A DNA stretch of 32,000 nt from Thermofilum pendens Hrk 5 (GCF_000015225.1 NC_008698.1:1140001-1172000), one strand, 5' to 3'; positions 21,958 to 30,647 are shown, counted from the first letter of the stretch. The notes: generated by a model not told the origin, from the letters alone. Numbers and translations are program-made.

Positions 21958-24429
21958 ATGGTTACCGTTAAGACTGGGAGGGGGTTCGCCTACCCCGAGT
22001 ACGAGCCGGTGTGGCCCCCCGAGCCACCCTTCGAGCTTCTCGAGGTGAGGGCGGAGGTCGACGTCGACTTCGAGTCGAGGACTCTGAGAGGGGTCTGCGT
22101 TAACAGGCTAAAGGTTACCGCGCCTGCAGAGAGGGTAGTGTTCCACGCGGTGGACATGAAGATTGAAGAGGTCCTGGTGAACGGCCGGAAGGCCGCCTAC
22201 ACCTACGACGGCAGGGAGCTATCCGTCGGCGTTGAGGGAGTCGGCGCGGGCGGAGAGGTAGAAGTCTACGTGAGGTACGCGACCGTGGAGCCCAAGGCTG
22301 GAGCATGGTTCGTGCCTGTCGACGGGGGCAAGCCTTACATGGTGTACACGCAGGGGCAACCCGAGGACACGAGGTACTGGCTCCCCACGTACGACTACCC
22401 TAACAGGAAGGCCAAGGTTTCCCTGGCGGTCACCGTGCCCAAGGGGATAGTCGTCGTCGCCAACGGGGTCCTGGTGGGCCGAGAGGAGCTCGGGGACAAG
22501 GAGAGGTGGAGCTTCAGGCTGGACTCGAGGATCCCGACCTACCTCATCGCGTTCGCGGCTGGAGACTTTTCGGTGGTAGAGGAGGAGTACGGCGGGGTGA
22601 AGCTTCAGTACGTCGTGCCGAGGGGGAGGGAGGGGGATATCCCGAGGAGCTTCTCGCAGACGAAGGAGATGGTAAGGTTCTTCGAGGAGTTCACGGGGGT
22701 GAAGTACCCCTACCCCAAGTACGCGCAGGTGTGCGTCGACGAGTTCGTCGCGGGAGGGATGGAGAACGCCTCCGTGACAATACTGACTAGCGCGACCCTG
22801 CACGACGAGAAGGCCCACGCCGACTTCAGGAGCGAGCCCCTGGTATCGCACGAGCTCGCCCACCAGTGGTTCGGGGATCTGGTGACGTGCAGGGACTGGT
22901 CCCACCTCTGGCTCAACGAGAGCTTCGCGACGCTTATGGAGGCGCTGTGGAGGAGGCGGGAGCTCGGCGAGGAGGAGTTCGTGTACGACCTCATAGGGAT
23001 GCTGGACTCTTACCTCTCGGAGTACGGGAAGTACGCGAGGCCCATAGTGACGCGGCTCTACAAGTACCCCGACGAGGTCTTCGACGCACACAGCTACCCG
23101 AAGGGGGCGCTCGTCCTCTGGACGCTCATGAACATAGTCGGAGAGGAGGCGTTCCGGAGGGGGGTTAAGAAGTACCTCGAGTCGAGGAGGGAGGACAACG
23201 CAGTCACGGACGACCTGAGGAGGGCTCTCGAGGAAGCCTCGGGGGCTAGGCTGGACTGGTTCTTCGAGCAGTACGTGTTCAACGCCGGGCACCCGGCACT
23301 TTCCGTGTCCTACAAGTGGGTCGAGAAGGAGGGAGTCCTGGAGCTGAGGGTCTCCCAGACCCAGGGGGACGACTCGCTCCCGAGGTACAGGGTTCCCTTG
23401 GAGGTCGAGTTCCTGGGCGAGGGGTTCCGCGAGAGGCGCACAGTGTGGGTCGAGGAGAGGCAGTCCGTCTTCTCGTTCAGGTTGCCTTCCAAGCCCACCG
23501 CCGTCTGCGTAGACCCCTCCTTCAAGGCCTTCAAGGCCCTTAGCCTCGACCTCGGCGTGGAGGAGCTACTATCGATAGTGAAGCACTGCCCCTACCTCTA
23601 CCCGAGGGTCGCCGCCGTCAGGGAGCTAGCCAAGAAGGCCTCGCCCACGGCTGTAGAGGAGCTGAAGGGCCTGTTGCTGTCCGAGGACGAGTTCTGGGGG
23701 CTTAGGAGCGAGGTCGCCTCGGCAATCGGGAGCATAGGCGGGCAGGCGGCGCTCAACGCCCTACTCGAAGCGCTCGACAAGGTCAGGCACCCGAAGGTTA
23801 GGAGGGCTATCGTCAGGGCCCTGGGAGGCTACAGGGAGAAGGCCGTCGCGGAGAGGCTATCGAAGGTGCTGAAAGACGAGTCCGAGAGCTACTACGTAAG
23901 GGCGGAGGCCGCCCTCTCAATAGCGAAGACGGGCTTCCGCGAGTACTCCGACGCCTTGAAGGAGGCCTTGAACGTTCCCTCCCACAACCACGTGATAGCT
24001 GCCTCCGCGCTGGAGGCGCTCGCAATGCTCCTAGGCGACGAAGTTCTCGACCTGCTGGAGAAGTACGCGTCCCCCTCGACGCCTATGCCCCTCAGGAGGG
24101 CGGCTATAGCGTCCCTGGGCTACCTCCCGCCCAGCCAGAGGGTCCTCTCGCTACTGGAGTACTCCTCCAGGAGCAGGCACCCGCACGTGAAGCTCTCAGT
24201 GATATCCGCCTGTACGCGGCTACTCTCCCCGAGGGTGCTCCCGATACTCGAGCGGCTACAGGGGGACACCTCCGGGAGGGTCGCGAGGAGCGCGAGGGAC
24301 GCGGCGGAGCAAATAAAGAAGCACATGGAGAGGGGCGAGGAGTACAGGAAGCTCAAGGAGGAGCTCGACAAGCTGAGGGAAGAGGAGAGAAGGCTGAGCG
24401 AGCGGGTCGAGAGGCTCGAGAAGAGGTAG
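21958..24429 (+). CDS. M1-family zinc aminopeptidase with C-terminal HEAT-like repeats and a terminal coiled coil
   Basis: GGMEN exopeptidase motif (VAGGMENASV), HELAHQWFGDLVT plus WLNESFA (HExxH-18-E). The C-terminal third has repeated alpha-helical units (VRRAIVRALGG, YVRAEAALSIAK, LRRAAIASLG, VKLSVISACT). Ends with EEYRKLKEELDKLREEERRLSERVERLEKR. ATG 21958 is preferred to GTG 21949 because the TATA box gataaatataattc lies at 21921-21934. Confidence 0.88.
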   Translation: MVTVKTGRGFAYPEYEPVWPPEPPFELLEVRAEVDVDFESRTLRGVCVNRLKVTAPAERVVFHAVDMKIEEVLVNGRKAAYTYDGRELSVGVEGVGAGGEVEVYVRYATVEPKAGAWFVPVDGGKPYMVYTQGQPEDTRYWLPTYDYPNRKAKVSLAVTVPKGIVVVANGVLVGREELGDKERWSFRLDSRIPTYLIAFAAGDFSVVEEEYGGVKLQYVVPRGREGDIPRSFSQTKEMVRFFEEFTGVKYPYPKYAQVCVDEFVAGGMENASVTILTSATLHDEKAHADFRSEPLVSHELAHQWFGDLVTCRDWSHLWLNESFATLMEALWRRRELGEEEFVYDLIGMLDSYLSEYGKYARPIVTRLYKYPDEVFDAHSYPKGALVLWTLMNIVGEEAFRRGVKKYLESRREDNAVTDDLRRALEEASGARLDWFFEQYVFNAGHPALSVSYKWVEKEGVLELRVSQTQGDDSLPRYRVPLEVEFLGEGFRERRTVWVEERQSVFSFRLPSKPTAVCVDPSFKAFKALSLDLGVEELLSIVKHCPYLYPRVAAVRELAKKASPTAVEELKGLLLSEDEFWGLRSEVASAIGSIGGQAALNALLEALDKVRHPKVRRAIVRALGGYREKAVAERLSKVLKDESESYYVRAEAALSIAKTGFREYSDALKEALNVPSHNHVIAASALEALAMLLGDEVLDLLEKYASPSTPMPLRRAAIASLGYLPPSQRVLSLLEYSSRSRHPHVKLSVISACTRLLSPRVLPILERLQGDTSGRVARSARDAAEQIKKHMERGEEYRKLKEELDKLREEERRLSERVERLEKR

Positions 24430-24489
24430 AAGATGATGACATTTATTAAGCAGAGGGCGGCTTTATGCAATGCGTAGGGGGTTAACGCT

Positions 24490-24771
24490 ATGAGCAAGGA
24501 CCAGCTGGTCGGGTGGGCTTTAGCGCTCATCTCGGTGGTCGTGATCCTGCTGTACGGGTGGCTCGTCTTCTTCACTTCCTGGGACGTCCTCGTACTAAAG
24601 CTCACGGGCTTCGCCGCGGTGGCCGGGGTATTCGGGATACTCGCCTGGATAGGCTATACCCTTGCCACTACTCCTCCTCCTAAGCCGATAGAGGAGATAG
24701 AGAAGGAGATAGAGGAGGAGCTGAAGAGGCTCGAACAAGAGTCGCAACAGGCACAGCAAGGGGCGCAGTAG
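24490..24771 (+). CDS. Small membrane protein (93 aa, 2 TM) with an acidic/Gln-rich helical tail
   Basis: ATG ORF. A TATA-like gctttatgcaatg is centred about 24 nt upstream. Two hydrophobic helices, then PPPKPIEEIEKEIEEELKRLEQESQQAQQGAQ. Confidence 0.55.
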   Translation: MSKDQLVGWALALISVVVILLYGWLVFFTSWDVLVLKLTGFAAVAGVFGILAWIGYTLATTPPPKPIEEIEKEIEEELKRLEQESQQAQQGAQ

Positions 24772-24845
24772 CCGCACGTACAATTTCCTCTTAAAAATAC
24801 TTATATCTCGGCGCCTAGACATTTATCGTTGCAGGCGACGAAGGT

Positions 24846-26177
24846 ATGCCGGAAGAGTTTGAACCTTACGGCGAATTTGTGGTCAAGAGCTACCTGCCGG
24901 ATCCCGATAAAGACGTCATTGTCACATTTAGGGTTACTCCGAGCGAGGGCTTCACAATAGAGGACGCAGCGGGAGGCGTAGCCGCGGAGAGCAGCGTCGG
25001 CACGTGGACTACCCTGTACCAGTGGTACGATAAGAGCAGGATCGACAGGCTCAAGGGGAAGGCTTACTACATGGAGAGCCTGGGCGACGGGTCATACATC
25101 CTCCGGGTCGCGTACCCCGTCGAGCTGTTCGAAGAGGGGAACATGCCGGCCTTCCTGGCGTCCGTTGCCGGCAACATTTTCGGCATGAGGAGGGTCCGCT
25201 CCCTGAGGGTTGAGGACATATACTTGCCCGAAGCCTTCCTGAAGCACTTCAAGGGCCCCTCGCAGGGCGTCGAGGGTGTACGCGGGAAGCTGAAGATCTG
25301 GGGGAGGCCCATAATAGGCACCGTGCCGAAGCCGAAGGTCGGGTACTCCCCCGAGGAGGTCGAGAAGCTGGCCTACGAGATACTGGTCGGGGGCATGGAC
25401 TTCGTGAAGGACGACGAGAACCTGGCGGGCCCGAGCTACTGCAGGTTCGAGGAGAGGGCTAAGGCGATAATGAAGGCGATAGACAGGGCCGAAAAGGAGA
25501 CGGGCGAGAGGAAGGCCTGGCTCGCCAACATAACGGCGGACGTCAGGGAGATGGAGCGCAGGCTTAAGCTTGTAGCGGAGCTCGGCAACACGCACGTCAT
25601 GGTCGACGTGGTGATAGCGGGCTGGTCCTCCCTGACGTACGTAAGGGATCTAGCCGCGGACTACAAGCTGGCGATACACGGGCACAGGGCTTTCCACGCC
25701 GCCTTCACCCGGAACCCCTACCACGGTGTATCGATGTTCACCCTCGCGAAGCTGTACAGGATAATCGGCGTCGACCAGCTACACGTAGGGACACCGGAGG
25801 TCGGCAAGCTGGAGGCGAAAGCCGTAGACGTGATCAGGATGGCGCGCCTACTCAGGGAGCAGACGTACAAGCCAGACATTGAGGACGGGCTCCACATGCA
25901 GCAACCATTCCCCGGGATAAAGCCGGCTTTCCCCGTCTCCAGCGGAGGCCTCCACCCGGGCACGCTACCCGCTGTCATCAAGGCTATGGGCGTAGACACC
26001 GTCATCCAGGTTGGAGGGGGCGTTGTAGGGCACCCCGACGGACCGAGGGCGGGCGCCGCCGCGGCTAGGCAGGCTGTAGAAGCGTACCTCGAGGGAGTCC
26101 CGCTACAGGAGTACGCGAAGACGCACAGAGAGCTTGCAAGAGCCCTCGAGAAATGGGGGCAAGTGATACCCGTCTAG
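24846..26177 (+). CDS. rbcL: Ribulose-1,5-bisphosphate carboxylase/oxygenase large subunit, form III
   Basis: 443 aa, near-colinear with my recollection of Thermococcus form III RbcL. Blocks: AAESSVGTWTT, GTVPKPKVGYSP, FVKDDENL (carbamylated Lys), AIHGHRAFHAAFTRNPYHG, PVSSGGLHPG, VGGGVVGHPDG, ELARALEKWG. Confidence 0.95.
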   Translation: MPEEFEPYGEFVVKSYLPDPDKDVIVTFRVTPSEGFTIEDAAGGVAAESSVGTWTTLYQWYDKSRIDRLKGKAYYMESLGDGSYILRVAYPVELFEEGNMPAFLASVAGNIFGMRRVRSLRVEDIYLPEAFLKHFKGPSQGVEGVRGKLKIWGRPIIGTVPKPKVGYSPEEVEKLAYEILVGGMDFVKDDENLAGPSYCRFEERAKAIMKAIDRAEKETGERKAWLANITADVREMERRLKLVAELGNTHVMVDVVIAGWSSLTYVRDLAADYKLAIHGHRAFHAAFTRNPYHGVSMFTLAKLYRIIGVDQLHVGTPEVGKLEAKAVDVIRMARLLREQTYKPDIEDGLHMQQPFPGIKPAFPVSSGGLHPGTLPAVIKAMGVDTVIQVGGGVVGHPDGPRAGAAAARQAVEAYLEGVPLQEYAKTHRELARALEKWGQVIPV

Positions 26178-27730
26178 GCGCGGACGACGCTTTCCCGCCG
26201 CCTCTCTAGGGCTTGCTTTTCTTCGAAGAGTTGCTTGATCTCCTCGTCAATCCTCGACGCTCTACGCTCAACGTAGGATATGAAGGCCTCGAGGAAGAAC
26301 CTTAAAGGCGCCATGTGCGCCCCCTTGAGGTAGAACTTGCCCATTATCTCCCGGGCCCAGTAGAGGTCGTGCCTCAAGCAAGCCTTCATGACCTCTACGT
26401 GCTCCCTGGTTATCATCTCCCTCCTGAACTTCTCCATGTTCTTCAGCTTCCCCATGGGGACGAAGAGCATGGGCACTATGAGGCTCCTGTAGGGCTTCAA
26501 GTCGTCGACGAGCTCCGCGGTCTTGACGACGTCGTCCGGGGTCTCGCCGGGTAGCCCGAGTATAAGCGTAGCCGCTGGGACAACCCTGTTGTCGTGCATT
26601 ATCGCGAAGGCGTCCTTCACGACCTCCACCCACTCCTCCGCCCTGTAGGGTAGCGCCTTCGCCGGCATGACCTCCCTCGCCAATCTCGCGCTACCCGTCT
26701 CTATCCCGACCTCCACCCCAAGTATCTCCTGCCTCTCGCTCAGCATCTCCATTAATCGCGATACCAGCCTGTAGTTATCCTCGGCGTACTTCACGGCGGA
26801 TAGGCTTGCGTGGGACCACGCGACGCTGCCGGGTGCCTCTTTGAGCACCTCGGCGTGGAGCTTTAGGACGGGCTCGGGCCTCGGCTTTACGCCGTCGGCG
26901 CCGTAGAGCAGGACGTCCTCGCTGTGTAGCAGGACGTTCCTCAGCCCAGCCCTCACGTTGACCCTGACCTCCGCCACAACCTTCTCTATGGGCATGAACC
27001 TCAGGGGTCTCAGCGTCACGGAGCAGAACCTGCAGCCCCTGGGGCAACCCCTCATTATCTCTACCAGCCCGTTGACGCTGGCGCCCCTGATCACCGGTAT
27101 CTCCTCTATGCTTGGAGCGTCGCGGGGGCTCACGTAGACGTACTCTGGGAGCGGCTCCCCCCTGTAAACCTTCTCGACTAGGTCCACGACGACCCCCTCA
27201 CCCTCCCCGTCGACGACGGTGTCCACGCCCCACTTCTTCCAGCTCTCCAGCTCCCAGAGCCACTGCCACGCCGCGGGCCCCCCGGCGATTATCTTCACGC
27301 CTTTCTCCTTCGCCTTGCGCACAGCGGGGGACTCCATGAGCCTCCTGAAGCTCCTCCTGTTAACAGGCTCCCTGCCCGTGATAACCCACCACTCGCTGCT
27401 CGGCGGGCCGTAAGCAAAGTAGTCGTGGTGCCCCACTAGGAGCACCTTCATAGTGTCCAAGTGCTTGTCCAAGTGGTCTGGGTCGACGATGGCGGCGTTG
27501 AAGCCAGCCTCCTGGAGCTTCGCCTCTATCTTCCTGAGCCCGTAGGGCGCTACGCGCGGCCTGCCGAGCCTGTCGACCTTGGGCTTCGGGCAGCACGCCC
27601 ACATCCAGAGCCTCTCCGGGACCCCTATAGCGGGCCCAGTGGCCATGAAGCCTATGAACTCCTTGCCGTGGTGGTCCGTTATCATTGTCCTATCGGACGT
27701 TATAACTACCTCGAAAACCACCGACGTCAC
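26174..27730 (-). CDS. Radical SAM enzyme with an N-terminal B12-binding-like domain (COG1032 / class B-like)
   Basis: 518 aa. CxxxCxxC as RGCPRGCRFCS (codons at 27023-27046, checked on the DNA), preceded by an alpha/beta domain of about 220 aa, the usual position of the cobalamin-binding domain. GTG start forms a GTGA overlap with the upstream 95-aa gene. Its 3' end overlaps the rbcL stop by 4 nt (convergent). Confidence 0.87.
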   Translation of the reverse strand: MTSVVFEVVITSDRTMITDHHGKEFIGFMATGPAIGVPERLWMWACCPKPKVDRLGRPRVAPYGLRKIEAKLQEAGFNAAIVDPDHLDKHLDTMKVLLVGHHDYFAYGPPSSEWWVITGREPVNRRSFRRLMESPAVRKAKEKGVKIIAGGPAAWQWLWELESWKKWGVDTVVDGEGEGVVVDLVEKVYRGEPLPEYVYVSPRDAPSIEEIPVIRGASVNGLVEIMRGCPRGCRFCSVTLRPLRFMPIEKVVAEVRVNVRAGLRNVLLHSEDVLLYGADGVKPRPEPVLKLHAEVLKEAPGSVAWSHASLSAVKYAEDNYRLVSRLMEMLSERQEILGVEVGIETGSARLAREVMPAKALPYRAEEWVEVVKDAFAIMHDNRVVPAATLILGLPGETPDDVVKTAELVDDLKPYRSLIVPMLFVPMGKLKNMEKFRREMITREHVEVMKACLRHDLYWAREIMGKFYLKGAHMAPLRFFLEAFISYVERRASRIDEEIKQLFEEKQALERRRESVVRA

Positions 27731-28014
27731 CCCTCAACGCACGGCGAACTCTCCACGCCGCCCGCCCCGACTTTCAGCTCTACGCAGTCCCCGAGAGGCC
27801 CCCTCCACTCCTCCGCAGGGTAAACCTCGACGCCCACGGCTATGTTGTTGCTCAGAAAGTCCTTGAGAACCTCCATGTGGAGCGGCGCCTCTCCTCCCTT
27901 CACGAGGATCCTCACCCTCCCCGCCCTCTTCCCGCGTATAGCGCGGAAAAGCGCGCTCGAAAGGCTCTTGGCATCCACGCCGTTCGACGCGTCTACCACA
28001 ACTGTGAGGTCCAC
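27727..28014 (-). CDS. Small protein (95 aa) translationally coupled to the radical SAM gene; possible TusA/SirA-like fold without the CP motif
   Basis: GTG start with a TATA-like element (minus sense agaatttacgaaaagg) about 22 nt upstream. Its stop overlaps the radical SAM start. The pattern VVVDASNGVDAKSL...GRVRILVKGGEAPLHMEVLKDFLSNNIAVGVEV loosely parallels TusA (LDxRGxxCPxP...G..l.vl..d......i..f....G..v), but the Cys-Pro is absent. Confidence 0.6.
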   Translation of the reverse strand: MDLTVVVDASNGVDAKSLSSALFRAIRGKRAGRVRILVKGGEAPLHMEVLKDFLSNNIAVGVEVYPAEEWRGPLGDCVELKVGAGGVESSPCVEG

Positions 28015-28101
28015 GCGCCACCACCTTTTCGTAAATTCTGGAAATCAACGCCTTTAAGAAAAGAAACACTTATATAGATTCCTTCCCTGCGTGAAAGTAA
28101 A

Positions 28102-28116
28102 CGCTTATATACTTTT
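28102..28116 (+). promoter_or_regulatory. TATA box (cgcttatatactttt) for the flavin reductase-like gene
   Basis: Centred about 26 nt upstream of GTG 28135. Confidence 0.45.
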
Positions 28117-28134
28117 CCTCGGGTAGAGGGGGTC

Positions 28135-28674
28135 GTGGGTATGAAGGAGGTGGAAAGGTTCTACCTGGTGTTGCACCCGAGGCCTGCGTACATAATCGGG
28201 AGCGGGAGGGTGGGCGAGAAGGCGAACTTCATGGCGGCTTCCTGGGTGACCCCCGTAGCCGAGGAGCCGCCCCTCGTCGGAGTTGCGATCGACGTGGAGA
28301 GCTTGACGCACGAGCTGATAGAGAGGTACGGGGAGTTCACCGTGAACGTGGTTCCTACGAGCATGCTGGACAAGCTCTACTACGCCGGTAGCAGGAGCGG
28401 TAGGGACGAGGACAAGGCTTCCTCCATTCCGCACAGGAAGGGGGAGAAGGTGTCGGCGCCCGTAGTCGAAGGCGCCGTGGGGGTCGTCGAGTGCGTGGTT
28501 CACGGGAAGCTTAGAGCGGAGGACGTGACGTTCTTCGCGGGGAGGGTCGTGTACGCGGCTGTCGACGAGCGCTTCTTCAACGAGAGGAGCGGCTGGCTCT
28601 TCAAGGAGATAGACCTCCCACTGCACAACTGGGGTAGGGGCTTCTACGGGGTGGGGCGCTTCTACAAGGCTTAG
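28135..28674 (+). CDS. Flavin reductase-like FMN-binding split-barrel protein (flavoredoxin-like)
   Basis: 179 aa. The LHPRPAYIIGSG..GEKANFMAASWVTPVAEEPPLVGVAI pattern is typical of the Flavin_Reduct domain. Start at GTG 28135 or ATG 28141. Confidence 0.85.
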   Translation: MGMKEVERFYLVLHPRPAYIIGSGRVGEKANFMAASWVTPVAEEPPLVGVAIDVESLTHELIERYGEFTVNVVPTSMLDKLYYAGSRSGRDEDKASSIPHRKGEKVSAPVVEGAVGVVECVVHGKLRAEDVTFFAGRVVYAAVDERFFNERSGWLFKEIDLPLHNWGRGFYGVGRFYKA

Positions 28675-29738
28675 GCCGTGGGCGCTACCCCGGTTTCCCT
28701 GAGCACCTTCCAGGCGAGCCCCTCGTTGAGCTCGACTACGTCGAGGATCGTGAACCTCTTTCTCAGCTCCCTGGCCTTGAGGAGGGCGCGGACCGCGTCC
28801 TCCCCGGTTACCCCGAGCCCCTCCACGGTCGTCGGCGCCCCGACCTTCGCGAGGGCGTCCCGGATAACCCTCCAGTTGAACCCGTGGAGGTACGACGCTA
28901 TGATCGCGCCCACGCCTACCTGCTCCCCGTGGAGGCTCTTCTTCCACGGCACATACTTGTCCAGGGAGTGGCTGAAGAGGTGCTCCGAGCCGCTACAGGG
29001 CCTCGAGCTACCGGCCACCGCCATGGCCATGCCTGCGAGTAGCCCGGCCTGCGCCAGGACGCCTACACCCCTCTCAGTCCACGAAGCTATCTCGTCCACC
29101 TCGTCCAGGACCATCCTGGCCGCCGTCTCCGCCATCCTGAGGGCTACCTCCGGGACCTCCTCACCTGTAAGCCTCTGGGCAAGCCTGGCGTCCGCGACGC
29201 TGGTAACCTTTCCGACTATGTCCCCGACCCCGCTCGCGAGGAGCCTCCTCGGAGCCCTCGACACGACCGCCAGGTCCACGAGCACGGCGGCGGGCGGCCT
29301 CGTGAATATAGACAGGGGGTTCCCCTCCGGGTCCTTGAGCGCCACTATGGGCGAGGCGAAGCCGTCGTGGCTTATCGCCGTGGGCACGCTCACGAAGGGG
29401 AGCCCCTCCATGAACGCCGCGTACTTCGCGACGTCGACGGGCCGCCCGCCCCCCAGCCCAGCCACGGCGCAAGCCTCCACCCTCCTAGCCGCCGAGCGCG
29501 CTCTCTCAACGTTCGAGTTATCCGCCGCCTCGATATATACGACCTCGTAGGCCAGCCCCCTTAAAGCACCCTCGACGACGCTCCCCACAACGCTCCAAAC
29601 ACCACTATCCGTTACGACTACGGTCTTCGAGCATCCAAGCTCGCGTAGAACCTCGGGTAGAAACTGCAAGGCTCCCCTCTCGACTACAACCCTCTTCGGG
29701 AGCTCAGCCCTCAAAGCCCATCGAACCCTTCTCTCCAC
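28671..29738 (-). CDS. egsA: sn-Glycerol-1-phosphate dehydrogenase [NAD(P)+]
   Basis: 355 aa, iron-ADH/DHQS-like fold. GLGGGRPVDVAKY (NAD binding), GVGDIVGK, GSEHLFSHSLD and HGEQVGVGAI (Zn ligands) match the archaeal G1PDH pattern. The GTG start at 29738 lies very close to a TATA-like box, so the in-frame TTG at 29714 is an alternative. Confidence 0.87.
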   Translation of the reverse strand: MERRVRWALRAELPKRVVVERGALQFLPEVLRELGCSKTVVVTDSGVWSVVGSVVEGALRGLAYEVVYIEAADNSNVERARSAARRVEACAVAGLGGGRPVDVAKYAAFMEGLPFVSVPTAISHDGFASPIVALKDPEGNPLSIFTRPPAAVLVDLAVVSRAPRRLLASGVGDIVGKVTSVADARLAQRLTGEEVPEVALRMAETAARMVLDEVDEIASWTERGVGVLAQAGLLAGMAMAVAGSSRPCSGSEHLFSHSLDKYVPWKKSLHGEQVGVGAIIASYLHGFNWRVIRDALAKVGAPTTVEGLGVTGEDAVRALLKARELRKRFTILDVVELNEGLAWKVLRETGVAPTA

Positions 29739-29828
29739 ACCTGATAAAAAGCCTTTTCGCAGGCTCGGGAAGCATGTTCAGAGCGGGTGAGTAGCAGTTT
29801 TAATAATCCGTCGCGCGTACTCGGCGAC

Positions 29829-30647
29829 GTGGTTAGAGTAGCCTTACACCAGCTCGCGGTTTCCGGGGAGAAGAGGGAGAACCTGGAGAAAGCGCTCAGG
29901 CTACTAGAGTTGGGCGACGCCTACTTGCACGTCTTCCCGGAGTACCTCATGGGCGTCGACCCGGGTGGGCCGACGAGGGACTACGTCTGGAGGGTCGCGG
30001 AGCCCATCGATGGCGAGTTCGCATCGAGGATAGTCGAGAAGACCGGGGAGCTCGGAGTAGCGGCTGTCTTCACCATGTTCCTGAGGGAGGGTCCCGGCGT
30101 GTACAACGCGGCGGTGCTAGCCGAGGAGGGCAAGGTTAAGGCGGTGTACAGGAAGATCCACCTTTTCGACGCCTACGGCTACAGGGAGTCCAGCGTCTTC
30201 TCCCCGGGCAGGGAGCCCGTAGTGGCGGACCTTAAGGGGCTCCGGCTCGGCATCGCGGTGTGCTTCGACCTCAGGTTCCCGGAGCTCTTCCGGTCGATGT
30301 TCCTCAGGGGGGCCGAAGTCTTCGTAGTGCCCTCCGCCTGGTACAGGGGCCCCTACAAGGTTGAGCAGTGGAAAGCCCTCACGGCCGCCAGGGCCCACGA
30401 GAACACCTCCTACCTCGTCGCGGTGAACCAGGTGGGCGAGAGCTTCACGGGGCACAGCCTAGTCGCTACGCCGCTCGGCCACCTGCTCGTAGACCTCGGC
30501 GAGGGGGAGAGGAGCATCGCCGTAGACCTGGACGAAGGGGAGCTCGCCTCGGCCAGGGAGAGGATACCGGTCAGGGACCTACTGAGGCTGGAGCTGTACA
30601 GGGAGTGGTACGCCGGCTTCAAGCGACCCGGAGAAGCCTCGGGATAA
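29829..30647 (+). CDS. Carbon-nitrogen hydrolase (nitrilase superfamily)
   Basis: Glu-Lys-Cys triad contexts HVFPEY, YRKIHLFD and IAVCFDLRFPE. I prefer GTG 29829 (VVRVALHQL...) because the TATA-like ttttaataat at 29797-29806 lies inside the longer track ORF (29787) and about 27 nt upstream of 29829. Confidence 0.85.
   Translation: MVRVALHQLAVSGEKRENLEKALRLLELGDAYLHVFPEYLMGVDPGGPTRDYVWRVAEPIDGEFASRIVEKTGELGVAAVFTMFLREGPGVYNAAVLAEEGKVKAVYRKIHLFDAYGYRESSVFSPGREPVVADLKGLRLGIAVCFDLRFPELFRSMFLRGAEVFVVPSAWYRGPYKVEQWKALTAARAHENTSYLVAVNQVGESFTGHSLVATPLGHLLVDLGEGERSIAVDLDEGELASARERIPVRDLLRLELYREWYAGFKRPGEASG

Noticed and set aside
22219-23292. 357-aa minus-strand ORF antisense to the M1 aminopeptidase gene
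   Set aside because: It is a P/R/V/L-rich antisense frame, while the plus-strand frame carries GGMEN and HExxH-18-E motifs.
24432-24489. Possible C/D-box sRNA (gatgatga at 24432-24439)
   Set aside because: No D' or D box (ctga) and no C' box occur at the expected spacing, and no terminal stem is present. The region is better explained as the promoter of the 93-aa gene.
24120-24605. 161-aa minus-strand ORF spanning the end of the aminopeptidase gene and the small membrane gene
   Set aside because: Its Ser/Leu-rich translation is the mirror image of an E/K/R-rich coiled coil on the plus strand, and it crosses an intergenic promoter region.
28105-29550. 280-aa minus-strand ORF (28105-28947) and 290-aa plus-strand ORF (28678-29550) overlapping the flavin reductase-like and egsA genes
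   Set aside because: The compositions are low in complexity (R/G/P-rich and S/T/A-rich respectively). The competing frames carry clear Flavin_Reduct and G1PDH motifs.
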